Positions 33,899-33,919 of a DNA stretch of 33,919 nucleotides are shown here, piece after piece. Position numbers and translations under genes: made by a program. The number at the start of each line of letters is the position of its first letter. Position 1 is the stretch's first letter. Source of the DNA: Planctomycetota bacterium (GTDB taxonomy: Bacteria > Planctomycetota > SZUA-567 > JAFGNG01). The notes beneath the pieces were generated by a model. The model saw only the letters and a list, made by a program, of their open reading frames with translations. It was not told the origin of the DNA and did not search any database. The stretch spans positions 1-33,919 of the forward strand of contig JAFGNG010000085.1 of assembly GCA_016927125.1 (NCBI GenBank), in the 5' to 3' direction.

Positions 33899-33919
33899 GT
33901 TAACAGGGGGGTATTTTTC

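Noticed and set aside
1-33919. CRISPR arrays, IS elements or transposases, integrases, prophage genes and rRNA.
   Set aside because: I found no regularly spaced direct repeats and no ORF with transposase or integrase hallmarks (DDE or tyrosine-recombinase motifs) in any frame of the ORF track. No rRNA-like sequence was recognised.

Overview
This is a gene-dense 33.9-kb chromosomal segment from a bacterium with a diderm-type envelope. I call 23 CDS and one tRNA on the + strand. The only minus-strand candidate is a weak 70-aa ORF. Many neighbouring genes overlap (ATGA/GTGA) or sit 11-63 nt apart, which suggests long co-transcribed units.

There are three blocks:
(1) nt 1-15071 is the 3' part of a surface-polysaccharide/O-antigen-type locus. 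It encodes a Wzy_C-type membrane protein (5'-truncated by the window), a GT4, an AsnB-like amidotransferase, a small anchored protein plus a GT-C-like polytopic protein, a bi-domain ADH/Gfo-Idh-MocA oxidoreductase, a signal-peptide-less heparinase II/III-like protein, a WbuB-like GT4, an SDR epimerase/reductase, a MraY/WecA-family initiating transferase and a CapD/WbpM-type dehydratase.
(2) nt 15566-27979 is an unusual envelope block. Two paralogous ABC-2-type permeases and one ABC ATPase are split apart by three SPFH genes (a ~7-TM HflK-like protein, an HflC-like and an HflK-like protein) and an atypical P1B-type ATPase. A 742-aa membrane-anchored orphan protein follows.
(3) nt 28078-33627 encodes a lipobox lipoprotein (LolB/DUF4292-like), a 1035-aa RND-superfamily/MMPL-type exporter, a LolA-like periplasmic protein and a translationally coupled stand-alone STAS protein.

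The window ends with tRNA-Asn(GUU), which has its own promoter-like and terminator-like signals. I saw no CRISPR array, rRNA, transposase, integrase or obvious phage/defence enzymes.

The best candidates for something undescribed are block 2 (an SPFH trio embedded in a split ABC system) and block 3 (a biosynthesis-less lipid/lipoprotein-type export module with a STAS partner). All functional calls rest on motif recognition by eye. No database search was run.
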